Shown here: positions 53,546 through 64,000 of the stretch, in pieces | How positions within the stretch are numbered: position 1 is the first letter of the stretch | Layout of the letters: each line of letters begins with the position of its first letter | From: Vicugna vicugna | Lineage: Eukaryota | Length of the DNA stretch: 64,000 nucleotides | Assembly (NCBI GenBank): GCA_013265495.1 | Contig: MU058451.1 | Span: 2,971,305 to 3,035,304, forward strand | Reading direction: 5' to 3' | Made by a program: the position numbers and the translations under genes | The notes under the pieces: model-generated | The model's database searches: none | Seen by the model: only the letters and a program-made list of their open reading frames with translations | Told to the model about the DNA's origin: nothing

Positions 53546-54156
53546 TTGTCTATTTTGTCTGCCTTCTGAAGAGCAAGGCTTTGCCTTATCAGCTAAAGTC
53601 AGCCTTTTCTCTCTGCTGATTCTTTCCTGGTGTTCCAGCAACATGTGTAAGCTTCTCCCACATTAAAAATGTAGCAAACGTCAACAGTCCACCGCCCCTC
53701 TACGTCCCATCTCCCTTTACCTCGAGTTAGCTAAATGAGCTTCTCAAAAGAAACATCTGCACACCCACGGGCGTTACTTTCTCCTTGTCCTTTAACACTG
53801 CATTCAGCTTTCTTTCTCATTCCTGACCCTTCAGTTATTCACTCACTCACTGAAGGCTGCTGAAAGCCCATTCCTGATCTGGGTGTGACAGGAGTCTCTC
53901 CGTGCCCCTCACACTCTGCCCTCTCTGGTCATCCGGTCCCACTGAGTTGCCGTGAGCAGTGGGTCTGGCCCCTGGGATGTTTCCACAGCCACAGCATTTC
54001 CCCTCTGCTTTGCTTCTGCTTTCACAAAGTAATTCTGTTACTTCTCATTGCCTGGAATAAACAGGCTTCAGCTCTGTAAGACCTTGTATCTGCTTTCCTT
54101 CACATCGATTGTTTTTACAGGCATGAATAACTTATTTAGTTATTTTTGTTGATTAG

Positions 54157-54271
54157 TCAAAGCTCCTTGACCATGACAATGTCAAATATTTGAAGAAGAT
54201 TCTTGATGAATTGGAGAAAGTCTTGGATCAGGTTGAAACTGAGCTGCAGAGGAGAAATGAAGAAACTCCAG
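54157..54271 (+). CDS. GDAP1: GDAP1 coding exon 5 (115 nt)
   Basis: gattag|TCAAAG; SKLLDHDNVKYLKKILDELEKVLDQVETELQRRNEETP; donor CAG|GTAGGT. Confidence 0.97.
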
Positions 54272-55097
54272 GTAGGTTCTCATTTGTATTCTCTTTCTCT
54301 TCTCCTGGACACCAGGAGTATTTATGGGAATTCTCTTCGATTTCACCGAAAACATTCTGTAATCTGTTTTTAATTGTTAGTACTCATGGGCAGTTTAAAT
54401 TATGATAGCCACAATAACCTTGAATTCAGCAAAAGCCAGGTGCCTAATTGTAACTGAATCTGCATCTGTGTAAAATGTGACTCGTGAAGGATTTTTCTGC
54501 ACAATTTAAGTTACGGTTGAGCGATTCCTACCCAGCCTGTTCCACAGGTTTTAATTATAGTAGTTAGTTTGGTTGAATAACCTGAGTAATTTCTTGAACG
54601 CTCCGTCTAGTTTTTCCCTTAGGCAGGGAGAGAACGTCCAGTCCGCAGTGCAGTGCAGAGGGAGCCAGCCTGGGTCTGCACAGGCTCACTGCTGAGCACC
54701 CACTGTCGTGCCCGTGAACCTGGCCTCATGGTGAAGCCACTGCCCAGCTGCACACACACGGACCATTCGCACTCTTCTCACTGACAGCAAAGTTGACCAT
54801 GTCACTTGAAACTTGCTTCACCATAGGGACTCTCTTCCGTTTTAAAGAAGTAACTAAAAGCAGCAACCACTGAGTGACACCGCAGGCCCAGCTTTAGGGA
54901 TTTTCCTACAGCACACCTGCCGTTTTCTGAACCCAGAAGGAAATATCTGTTAACTCCTTTGGCTTGGAGGCTCCCAACTCCTTGAAATGATAGACGCCTT
55001 GAGCTCAAGTGGTCAAGTGGCCCCAGCTTCACCTAGGGACTTAGGTACCGACAGACGTCAAGCAAGTCTCCCTTAGCCTGGGATATGTTTGCAAGGG

Positions 55098-55143
55098 TTT
55101 TTTTTGTTTTTTGTTTGTTTGTTTGTTTGTTTGTTTTGTTTTT
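55098..55143. repeat. (GTTT)n microsatellite
   Basis: Read directly. Confidence 0.9.
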
Positions 55144-55303
55144 AAAGCATAAAACTACTCACTGAGTGTGACTGCCAAGAAAATGTAGCGCGGCCTTTGT
55201 CTCTTGCTACACTCACACCTGCCCTCAAGACCGAGACAAAAGATGCCAACTAGGGTGTGTATGGCGCTTGCTCCTAACCCTCCATGTCCCTTTCTCTGAT
55301 TAG

Positions 55304-55686
55304 AAGAGGGCCGCCAGCCGTGGCTCTGCGGAGATTCCTTCACCTTGGCGGATGTCTCGCTGGCTGTCACGCTGCATCGACTGAAGTTCCTGGGGTTTGC
55401 GAGGAGAAACTGGGGAAATGGAAAGCGACCGAACTTGGAAACCTACTATGAGCGTGTCTTGAAGAGAAAAACATTTAACAAGGTTTTAGGACATGTCAAC
55501 AATATATTAATCTCCGCGGTGCTGCCAACTGCATTCCGGGTGGCCAAGAAGAGGGCTCCCAAAGTTCTTGGCACCACCCTTGTGGTTGGTTTGCTTGCAG
55601 GAATGGGATATTTTGCATTTATGCTTTTCAGAAAGAGACTTGGCAGCATGATGTTAGCGCTTAGACCCAGACCAAATTACTTCTAG
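55304..55686 (+). CDS. GDAP1: GDAP1 coding exon 6 (383 nt to stop; GST-C end, hydrophobic domain, C-terminal tail-anchor TMD)
   Basis: gattag|AAGAGGGC; (E)EGRQPWLCGDSFTLADVSLAVTLHRLKFLG...VLGTTLVVGLLAGMGYFAFMLFRKRLGSMMLALRPRPNYF-TAG. The spliced CDS totals 358 aa. Confidence 0.98.
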
Positions 55687-58569
55687 GCTTGTGGGGAACT
55701 AAGGGTGGCAACTCACCCAACCATTCAGCTAGACCCTTCTCCACTCTGCCAGGCCCGGTGAAGGATGACCCTGGGCAACTAGTAAAAAGCATAACTTACT
55801 TTACTCTTTGGCTACTTTATGTGGGGAGAGGAGGGCATGAAGATGTTTTTGTGGGCTGGTAACTTTGAGATTACTCATCTGCAAACCTGAATTAATTCAT
55901 CCTTAACACATGGATGAGGTCAAGATACGTGTGAATGCTGGCAGGTAGAGGAGAACAGAACTTTAACTCAAAATGCCAGTTCAAGTTCTGGATTCTTTTT
56001 TGGGAGAAGGTTATTATTATGAGCAGACAGTAATAATAACCTGTGATTGCCCAGAGCCCTTCATCTGAGACTACCTGGATGTGTTGAGTGCTGAGTAGTT
56101 AGCAGTATTGTCTCCTGGCATTCAGAAATCATCTCTGTTACACAACACGGGGTCCCGACAGCAGCAAGGCACCGCGGTGCACCGCGGTGCTTCGTACTTC
56201 CACTGTTAGCTCCAGGCAGAAATAAGGTGGGGCAGAGGGACAAAGGCGGGGGACCAAAGGGAGAATTAAGTCTTTATAATGATGGGCAATAGAATGCAGC
56301 CTCCAGGTGCCGCCAGGACCACTTGTGGCCGCCTGTCCCCTTAGTAAACATCACCTTTGACTGCTTGTGGCCACAGCCCTCGCATTCTCCTGTAATTGAG
56401 GACCTTCGGGAAAGAGAACTAGGGAGTTACTGTGGGGAGTGGGCTAGAGAAAACCCCAGGCTTTGTACTTAGCATTAATGTTATGGTTATTGTTATTAAC
56501 ACTAATGTCAAGGTCATTGACCTTAGTGTTAATATTAGATGCATGGAAATCACAGTCAATAATTTAATAAGATTAACTGCTTATGTACTTTGGCATGAGA
56601 TGCCCACTGGATCACGTCTGACTGCGTATTTACATGAAAGTCTTACGTGATATTAAAACAGTTCCTTTCTTTTTCTCATGGTTCCCCAGTTTGAAGGTCC
56701 TGTGAGATACCACTCCTGTGGACTGTCGTGGACAGTCACGGGGGTTCTTGGCCACTGCAGCCCTTCTGTGCACATGAGTGGTCTTTAGGTGAATGTCTGA
56801 GGTCATCACTAGTATGGCACATGGCTGGGCAGTGGGTGTTTTGATGACCTGGGAGTATTAAATAGGCTCATTTGCATTTGGCGAGGCTGGTGTATTAACA
56901 CAAGACTGTTGTCTAGGCCTCACATCTGTTTACTGTCATCCGCAAAGCCTTACAGGGTTACAGGGGAAGAGAAAGCCTAGTCTTAGTCCTTGGCAGTGAG
57001 TTTAGGGGAGATGAAGGAAGTCGGCAGATAGTGATGTCCACCTATGTTCATTCACCTTTGTCTGAGCACTCCGGGGGGCTGCCCCTGTCCATCTGGAGCC
57101 GACAGCCAGTGTGTCCCGTGAACAACCATGACACTGCATGATACAGTTTGTGTTCAGCAAGAATCATTCCTGGTGACAGGAGGGTAGAGTTTCTGTGGAG
57201 TTGGCTGGAAAAGTCTTGGGAGCAGTTTTAGGTCTCTGACGGGAAGTACGTATAGGGAACAATGAGCTAAGGTTCCAGTGAACAGCAAATGCTTGCTTGG
57301 AGTGCCTCTGATGGGCTCTGCAAAATGGCCAAAGAATGTCCCAACCTTTTCGTGAATAGGGAACAGTCATACCTGCTAAACAGTGATTTTTTTTGATGGT
57401 AAAATAATTCTATAATTCACGAATCAGTTGTTTTAGAAAATCTCGATGAACTGGATATTCCTTGTTTATAAAAAATTAATAACATTTCCAGTGTAAACTC
57501 AATCCAACAATAATTAACAGGCTGGCAGCTTTTATAGTGTCTTTGTTTGGCACCCCAGTGCATTGCTGTATGGTGTACAGTGTCTGAATTTGTTGCTGGG
57601 ACGTTCCAATCCATGTATTCATAAAAGAGCCACAAAACTGATTATTCAGTATTTCAGAGTGTTTCAGAGTTCCTTCTATCACCCTGTTATAATCAAGAAC
57701 TCAGACACGAAGAAATCAAAATTGGATTTTTATAAAAATCTACAAAGGATATTTACCTATGTAAGGGCTGTTGATTAAGAATAAAAGTTTGAAGACCTGT
57801 GCTGGATTTTCCTTAAATTTATATTATTACTGAATTAAAAGAAAATCTACTATAAGTGTTTGTGATTTGCAGATACAGTTTCATTGGAAATAAGCTTCTG
57901 TCCATATTAAAGGTGATGCATGGTGGCAATTTCACTTATTTCAGGGGTGCCCGTGAGCTTGTACTTTTGAGATGTTTGTTTAGGGGCTTAATGACCACAA
58001 GATGTCGCTGTTCACCCAGTAGTCTGAGATGGGGCTTACTGTAGGTTCAGCAAGCCTTCTGCAATGTTTCAAGGGAAGAGAAACATTGATGACCTTAGTT
58101 TCTGAAATGAGGGCATCTTCATCAGATCGTTCATCTGTAAAAGAGCTTGAGGCACATGTAGTATTGATTTCTAATGCTTGGAAGGGATAACTGTACCACA
58201 CAACGTCAAGCTAAAGAGCTGAACATAATACACTGTTAGCAAGAGAGGTACTTCTTTTGTATTTTCTTTTTCACTATCATTGGTGGACTGGCAAGTGTGC
58301 TCCTCAGTTTCCAAAGTTTGTATAAATATCACGATTAGAAAAATGCCTGAGGGACTACATTTATGTTGGCTATTTATGTCTTATCACAAATACTATTTTA
58401 CTGTTATCGCTATTCTATATGCCTTTTGGATCCAATTTTCCTAATCACAGATAGTAACAAATTGCTTGCTCGAGTTTTAGTAATTATTGATTTTGACACC
58501 GGAGTTGTAGCTATTTTGGTGTTGTTGAATGTCATAGAGAGATAAAGATACTATTCTGCCTGTAAGATC

Positions 58570-58592
58570 AATAAAATTAATTGGAAAATAAA
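58570..58592 (+). terminator. GDAP1: Candidate GDAP1 polyadenylation signals (two AATAAA)
   Basis: AATAAA at 58570-58575 and 58587-58592 followed by T/GT-rich sequence, ~2.9 kb after the stop. Another AATAAA lies at 57780-57785. Confidence 0.55.
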
Positions 58593-59744
58593 TATGTGCC
58601 CTGAAAGTACTAATTTTGTAATCTTGTTTGAGAAATCAGATGTATTTTTTTCATTTAACATCAAAGCATAATGTTGTAATTGGAGTAAAATAAGAAGTTA
58701 GGTATTCAAAATACTTAGCTCTAGGATATCATATTTTCCTTATAACGTAAAAATTACTGACTTATGATTTACTGAAATACATATAATTTTATGGTTAAAA
58801 TGAATGGTAGCTTAAAGAAGAGCATACTGATTCTGATCATTAAAGGAGTTCTTTCGCAGGCAGCCACCTAACAGATATACAGCATGAAAATGATAAACAC
58901 TTTTTTTGGGAAATATTTTTGTTCCATGTTTATTGGGCTTCAAATATTATTCTTTTTATGATACTTATGTATATTTTTGATAGAGCTGATTCTCTTCTTT
59001 TATTGGGTCATGGATTATGAATATTCAAATTCCCAACCACATTTCTAGCCTTGGTGAACTTAGCCATAATTCTAATCATCAAATAGAAATTGAATACTAC
59101 TTTTGTTTTACATTGAACAAAGCCAGTTAAATAAGAACCAAATTGACCTCATTTCCCCTGAGTTTGCAAACAACAGGCAACAAGTTTGAATACCATGGAA
59201 AGTCAGGTGCACATACAACTCTGTAGTCTGCTCAGAAAAGAGAAAAGCACCATGGTAAGGACAGAAACGTCAAATTAATACAATGAATAAGTTAGTATTT
59301 AGACATCACCTTCATATTGTTTATGACTAATATTTGGCCCACTTATATTGTTATTCTCTACTTAGTCATGCTAGAATATCATGATTTTCTAATTTTCCAG
59401 AACTCCCGTGTTTTACTAGGTAGAGTAGTAGATTCCAAACCGAGTCAAGGGGTGTAATTTCTAGAGTAGGGATAATAGTTTTATTTTAATTATGTACTTA
59501 CATTATGAAAATGAAGAGAGGGAGAGAGAAGGAGAACTCACTTTCTGGGTTAGAAAGGCAGTGCATCGATGAAAACAATACTCTGTATTACTTGTGCCTG
59601 AGTTGAGCCCAAGATTTTGTCCGAGGAGGAACACTGACATGTGGGTCAGGAGGCAGCGGGGTGGGGCAGGCTGTGAGGTACAGGCCGACACCACTACATG
59701 GAGTTTGAGACAACTCATGCTTATGATGGGCCTTAATCTACACT

Positions 59745-59907
59745 TTCTTTTTTTTTTTTTGGTGGTGGGGGGGGACATAATTCAGTTTGTTTGTTTGTTT
59801 GTTTATTTATTTATTTATAGAGGAGGTACTGGGGATTGAACCCAGGACCTCGTGTGTGCTAATAAGCAAGTGCTCTACCACTTAGCTATAACTTATACCC
59901 CACCCCA
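59745..59907 (-). mobile_element. tRNA-derived SINE, probably the camelid Vic-1 type
   Basis: The reverse complement shows an A box TAGCTAAGTGG, a B box GGTTCAATCCC, an (AAAT/AAAC)n tract, a C-rich segment and polyA. TSD ccttaatctacact (59731-59744) / ccttaatatactct (59908-59921). Confidence 0.85.
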
Positions 59908-60660
59908 CCTTAATATACTCTCTGATTCAAGTCAGGTGGTGTATCTCATCCACAGTACCTTGTCATAAAACTCCTTTGAGAAGGTTAGAATTTTTTTTTT
60001 GTCTTAAGCCTTTATTCTTTATTTATATATTGGCTACTTAATTACAATGTGCTGTCATTTAACTCCCTTACTAGGAGAAACCAAGAGTATGTGTGAAAAT
60101 GTAAAGATGTTAATGAAATGTAATTCAAAGGGTCAGGTAATTTTTCAGGCATATGGCCAGTACGTATAACTTTTTGTATCATCAGATTAAGCTATCTTTT
60201 GAATTTAAGAATCTGATATTCAACAAAGTCACACATACACATCATCAGATACATATCATACTAAAAATGTAATATGATATACTTTCAGAGGTTCTATATT
60301 TATTAAGTTTAATACTCAAAAGAAAGGAAAGGTTTGCATTAAGAAAATTACATGAACTAGAAATTACTAGCACTAAAAGCAAGGGTGGCTATGTTGTAAA
60401 AATGGCCATAAATTCTCATTTCTCCACTCATTTCCTTGAGATATGGTGTTACAAATTTTCCCTTCAAGAGAGAGCTTCTTAGAGCATGACCATAGTAAGC
60501 TCACTGGAGAGGAACTTGCCAGAAATGTTTGACATTAAGTAGTGATGAATGTCATTGGAGGTCCATTCCAGGCAGAATGGAGGGCCTCCTGAACACCTAC
60601 CTCGCCAACCCCACCCCTCCCCCGGCAGAACCAGGCTCTGGTGCAAGTCCTACGTTAGAC

Positions 60661-60878
60661 CAGGGGCTTTCAATCTTGGCATTATTGATACTGTGGGTCA
60701 GATCATTCTTGCTATGTAGTGCTGTTTCATGTGCTGTAGGATGTTGTGGGCATCCCTGACCTCTACCCATTAAATGCCAGTAACTCCCCTTTGCTCCCCT
60801 GTTGTGACAACCAAAAGTGTCTTAAGATATTGCCGAATGTCACCTGGGGAGAAAACCATCTCCAGTCAAAGATCATTG
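60661..60878. mobile_element. MER20 hAT-Charlie
   Basis: caggggctttcaatcttggc...gcatccctgacctctacccattaaatgccag...gttgtgacaaccaaaa...attgccgaatgtc matches the recalled MER20. Confidence 0.85.
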
Positions 60879-60999
60879 CTCTACACTCACCCCAACATAG
60901 CCTAAAACTAAGCCTGGACAAGATCTGCAGGGGAGACAGATTTTGGAGGTTGGGTCCTGCCAAGTTAGAGGTGCCTAGGAGAGATCTTTGGTTTCCACA

Positions 61000-61620
61000 T
61001 GTCCTCTATAATAAAGCATAAAACCAAACCTACCCAGTATAAAGGATATAGCCAGTAAATGAACTGCCTTCTAGAATAAGAATCAGTGTCCTTTAGAGGG
61101 AAGGAAACAGAATCCAGAGACTATAATGCATCACTAACAATGTCCAGTGCACAGTAAAATAATTATATCAAACATGCAAAGAAACAGGGAAATAGGGCCT
61201 ATAGTCAGACAAAAAAGCAATAGTAAACAGAAACAGAATGTGATATGACTCAAATGTTGGATTTACCAAGGATTTTAAAGCAAGTAAAGGACAATGGATG
61301 TTAAGAGAATTAAAAGAAAAGGTAGTCTGATTGAGTCAACAGATAAGGAATCACAGCAGAGAAATCAAAACCAAAAAAAGAACCAAATGGAAAACCTAAA
61401 ATAGAAAAGTATTGTAACTGAGGTGAAAAATTCATTGGATAGGCTTCACAGCAGATGGGAGATGATAAAGGAAAGATAAAGGAACAGAACTTCAGGAACC
61501 CATGGATAATATCAACTGGTCTAATATATGTGTTATAGGAGTCCCAGAAAGAGAAGAAAGTGAGGATGAGGCAGGAAAAATATATAATTAAATAATACCA
61601 AATTTCCATCTCTTTGGAAA
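61000..61620 (+). mobile_element. Old L1M ORF1-region fragment
   Basis: A-rich strand with aaacatgcaaagaaacagggaaa...gaaccaaatggaaa...ataggagtcccagaaagagaag, typical of the old L1 ORF1 region. Confidence 0.7.
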
Positions 61621-61646
61621 TGTAATCATCAAGAAAGACAGGGCTT

Positions 61647-62334
61647 GGAAAACAGTATGGAGATTCCTCAAAAAACTGAAACTAGACTTACCATATGATC
61701 CAGGAATCCCACTCCTGGGCATATACCCAGAGGGAACTCTAATTTGAAAAGATACATGCACCCAGTGCTCATAGCAGCACTATATATAATAGCCAAGACA
61801 TGGAAGCAACCTAAATATCCATTGACAGATGACTGCATAAAGAAGTTGTGGTATATTTATACAATGGAATACTACTCAGCCATCAAAATGATAAAATAAT
61901 GCCATTTGCAGAAACATGGTTGGACCTAGAGATCGTCGTTCTCAGTGAAGTAAGCCAGCTAGAGAAAGAAAAATACCATATTATATCATTTAAATGTGGA
62001 ATCTAAGAAAAAAAAAGAAGACACTAATGAACTTATCTACAAAACAGAAACAGCCTCACAGACATAGTAAACAATCTTGTGGTTCCTGGAGGAAAGTGGG
62101 CGGGAAGGGATAAATTTGGGAGTTTGAGGTTTGCAAAGATTAACTACTATATATAAAAATAGATAAAACCCAAATTTCTTCTGTATAGCACAGCAAAGTA
62201 TATACAATATTTTGTTATATAAAGAATATGCAAGCAAATATGTGTATGTATATGTAGACTGGGACATTATGCTGTACACCAGAAATTCACACTGTAACTG
62301 ACTATACTTTAGTTAAAAAAAAAGTTGAAAAAGA
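61647..62334 (+). mobile_element. Young 5'-truncated L1 3' end with 16-bp TSD
   Basis: Homologous to 39569-40225. TSD aagaaagacagggctt (61631-61646) / aagaaagacagagctt (62335-62350). Confidence 0.92.
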
Positions 62335-62350
62335 AAGAAAGACAGAGCTT

Positions 62351-62624
62351 TTATGTCCCAGCCAGTCTTTATAGGAGGGTAGGAGCCTAACTTCGATAAG
62401 CACCAATTAACCAACACAGATGACCTAATCCCATTAACCAGACTTCCTCCATCTTCCTCTAGTACTTTTCCACTCACTCATTCCAGGGCTTAAAAACTCT
62501 CCTGGCTTCTGTTTCAGCGAAGTTGAGTTCTTCCCTATCGAGATGGTCTTTATCTCTATTGCAATAGTCTTGAATAAAGTCTTTCTAGCTTGTTTAACTC
62601 AGTCCAGTAAAATTTTCTTTGACA
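62351..62624 (+). mobile_element. ERV1-class LTR 3' part (5' stub probably at 61621-61646)
   Basis: agttgagttc...ctattgcaatagtcttgaataaagtct...tttaact...ttctttgaca is a typical ERV1 LTR R/U5 end with terminal CA. Confidence 0.65.
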
Positions 62625-62629
62625 AATGA

Positions 62630-63060
62630 CAGAAAGGAGATAGCGATTGCTTGGGGATTGGGGAAGGTATGAGAGAGGAAGATTACAAAGGGGCTTGAGA
62701 AAACATCACATGGGGGTGATGGATATTTTTTGCATGTGTGTGTGGGTGGTGATGACTTCATAAGTGTATTCATATGTCAAAAATTATCAATTGTTTATTT
62801 ATATTAATTATACCCCAATAAAGCTGTAAAAATTGCATATAACATCTGATCCAATAATTTGACTTTCAAGACTCCATTTTATTAAAACAATTGCATATGA
62901 ATACAGAGACATATGAATAAGAATGTGTATGGTAGCAGAATCTGGAACAAAAAAACTGGAAGCTATTTTGTTTATCAATAAGAAAACTAATAAATAAATT
63001 ATGGTACATCCATTAATACTATGTAGCTATTAAAAGAGTAAGTGAAACGATCATATCAAG
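62630..63060 (+). mobile_element. Old L1M 3' end fragments
   Basis: gattgcttgggga...gggggtgatgga...atatgtcaaaa...tatattaattataccccaataaagctg and taaataaattatggtacatcc...atactatgtagctattaaaa. Confidence 0.7.
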
Positions 63061-64000
63061 AGCAAACTGGAGATTAATTTGTGTCTATTACCATGTGTGA
63101 TTCCATATATGCACAGCAATATGTAAGCACACATGAAAAAATTTAACACTAAAGCTCTTAATGGTGGTTGAATCTGGAGAGGTAATTTGGAATTGTGAAG
63201 GGGTATGTGAAGGAGAGGACTTGAAATTTTTACTTTATTTTCTATATGTTATATCACTAGCTTGCTTATTTTTGAGAGCAATTATTCTGTGCTTTCTCCT
63301 TCATGTCCTCTAATATTGGCTACCATGCTGGCGTGTACATTAAGGACTAAAAGCTTGGTCCTTTTCTACATTTTTCAAAATGGTGGATTCATTACCTAGT
63401 ATTCTCCAACAGTGACCAGTGAGGGATTTGGGGGTAATATTATGCAGGTATTTAAACATATTACATATGTTTCAATCCATTGCCCGTATTATCTTACTGA
63501 TGCTCATATTATTCTGTCTTTGGCCACTATAAGCCTATTCAAGTTGGCTTCTGAGTTCTTATGTTCATAACATAATTTGATAGCTTCCTTGATTTCTGGT
63601 GTGATAAAGTGCTTCAAGTACATGTTTTACATTTCCTGCCCCAGATTTGGAATCAGCTATTTTTTTTTTTCAAAGAACCCTGATTCCAGTTAGTGGGAAA
63701 TTGATGTAAGGGTTGGTTATTGCTATTGGGATAATATATATTTTTTTCTAGATCATTTCAGTGGATAGAACTTAGTATGATCTAAAAGCATGAAACCCTA
63801 ATAGGGCCTACTCTCTAGCTAACACCTTGAGTACTTTAAAAAGAGTATAGAAAATACTGTCACTGGTCTTCGGTGAGTTTACAGTTTATTTGGAGTTTCC
63901 TGATTATGCCTAAGAATAAAAAAAATGTTGAGTAATAGGCTTTGAATTAGTCCTGAGTCTGTCATCCTTTTTCTATAGTTGAATACTGCTTTCTGAGTTC

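Noticed and set aside
59820..59900. Possible tRNA gene
   Set aside because: It has an AT-rich tail, polyA and TSDs, and a disrupted cloverleaf, so it is a SINE.

Overview
This is mammalian genomic DNA containing the conserved head-to-head JPH1-GDAP1 locus. On the minus strand lie junctophilin-1 (JPH1) coding exons 1 (11845-12223) and 2 (5845-6604); the rest of the gene runs off the left end. On the plus strand lies a complete six-exon GDAP1 CDS (40823-55686; 117+193+174+95+115+383 = 1077 nt, 358 aa, all introns GT-AG) with a probable ~2-3 kb 3'UTR. The two ATGs are 28.6 kb apart and each has its own CpG-island promoter. The rest is ordinary mammalian repeat landscape: L1, L2, MIR, L3/CR1, hAT and Tc1/mariner fossils, ERVL pol/LTR remnants and microsatellites. 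A tRNA-derived SINE and young L1 3' ends suggest a camelid host (inference). I found no convincing new biological system. The best leads are regulatory or structural: a hairpin with an embedded nuclear-receptor element and a perfect 22-bp palindrome in the GDAP1 3'UTR, an intergenic ARE/E-box enhancer candidate, a compound triplet repeat with a CUG uORF upstream of the JPH1 ATG, a competing GDAP1 exon-1 donor, and a young L1 next to the GDAP1 promoter. Repeat family names and human comparisons are from recall and were not searched.
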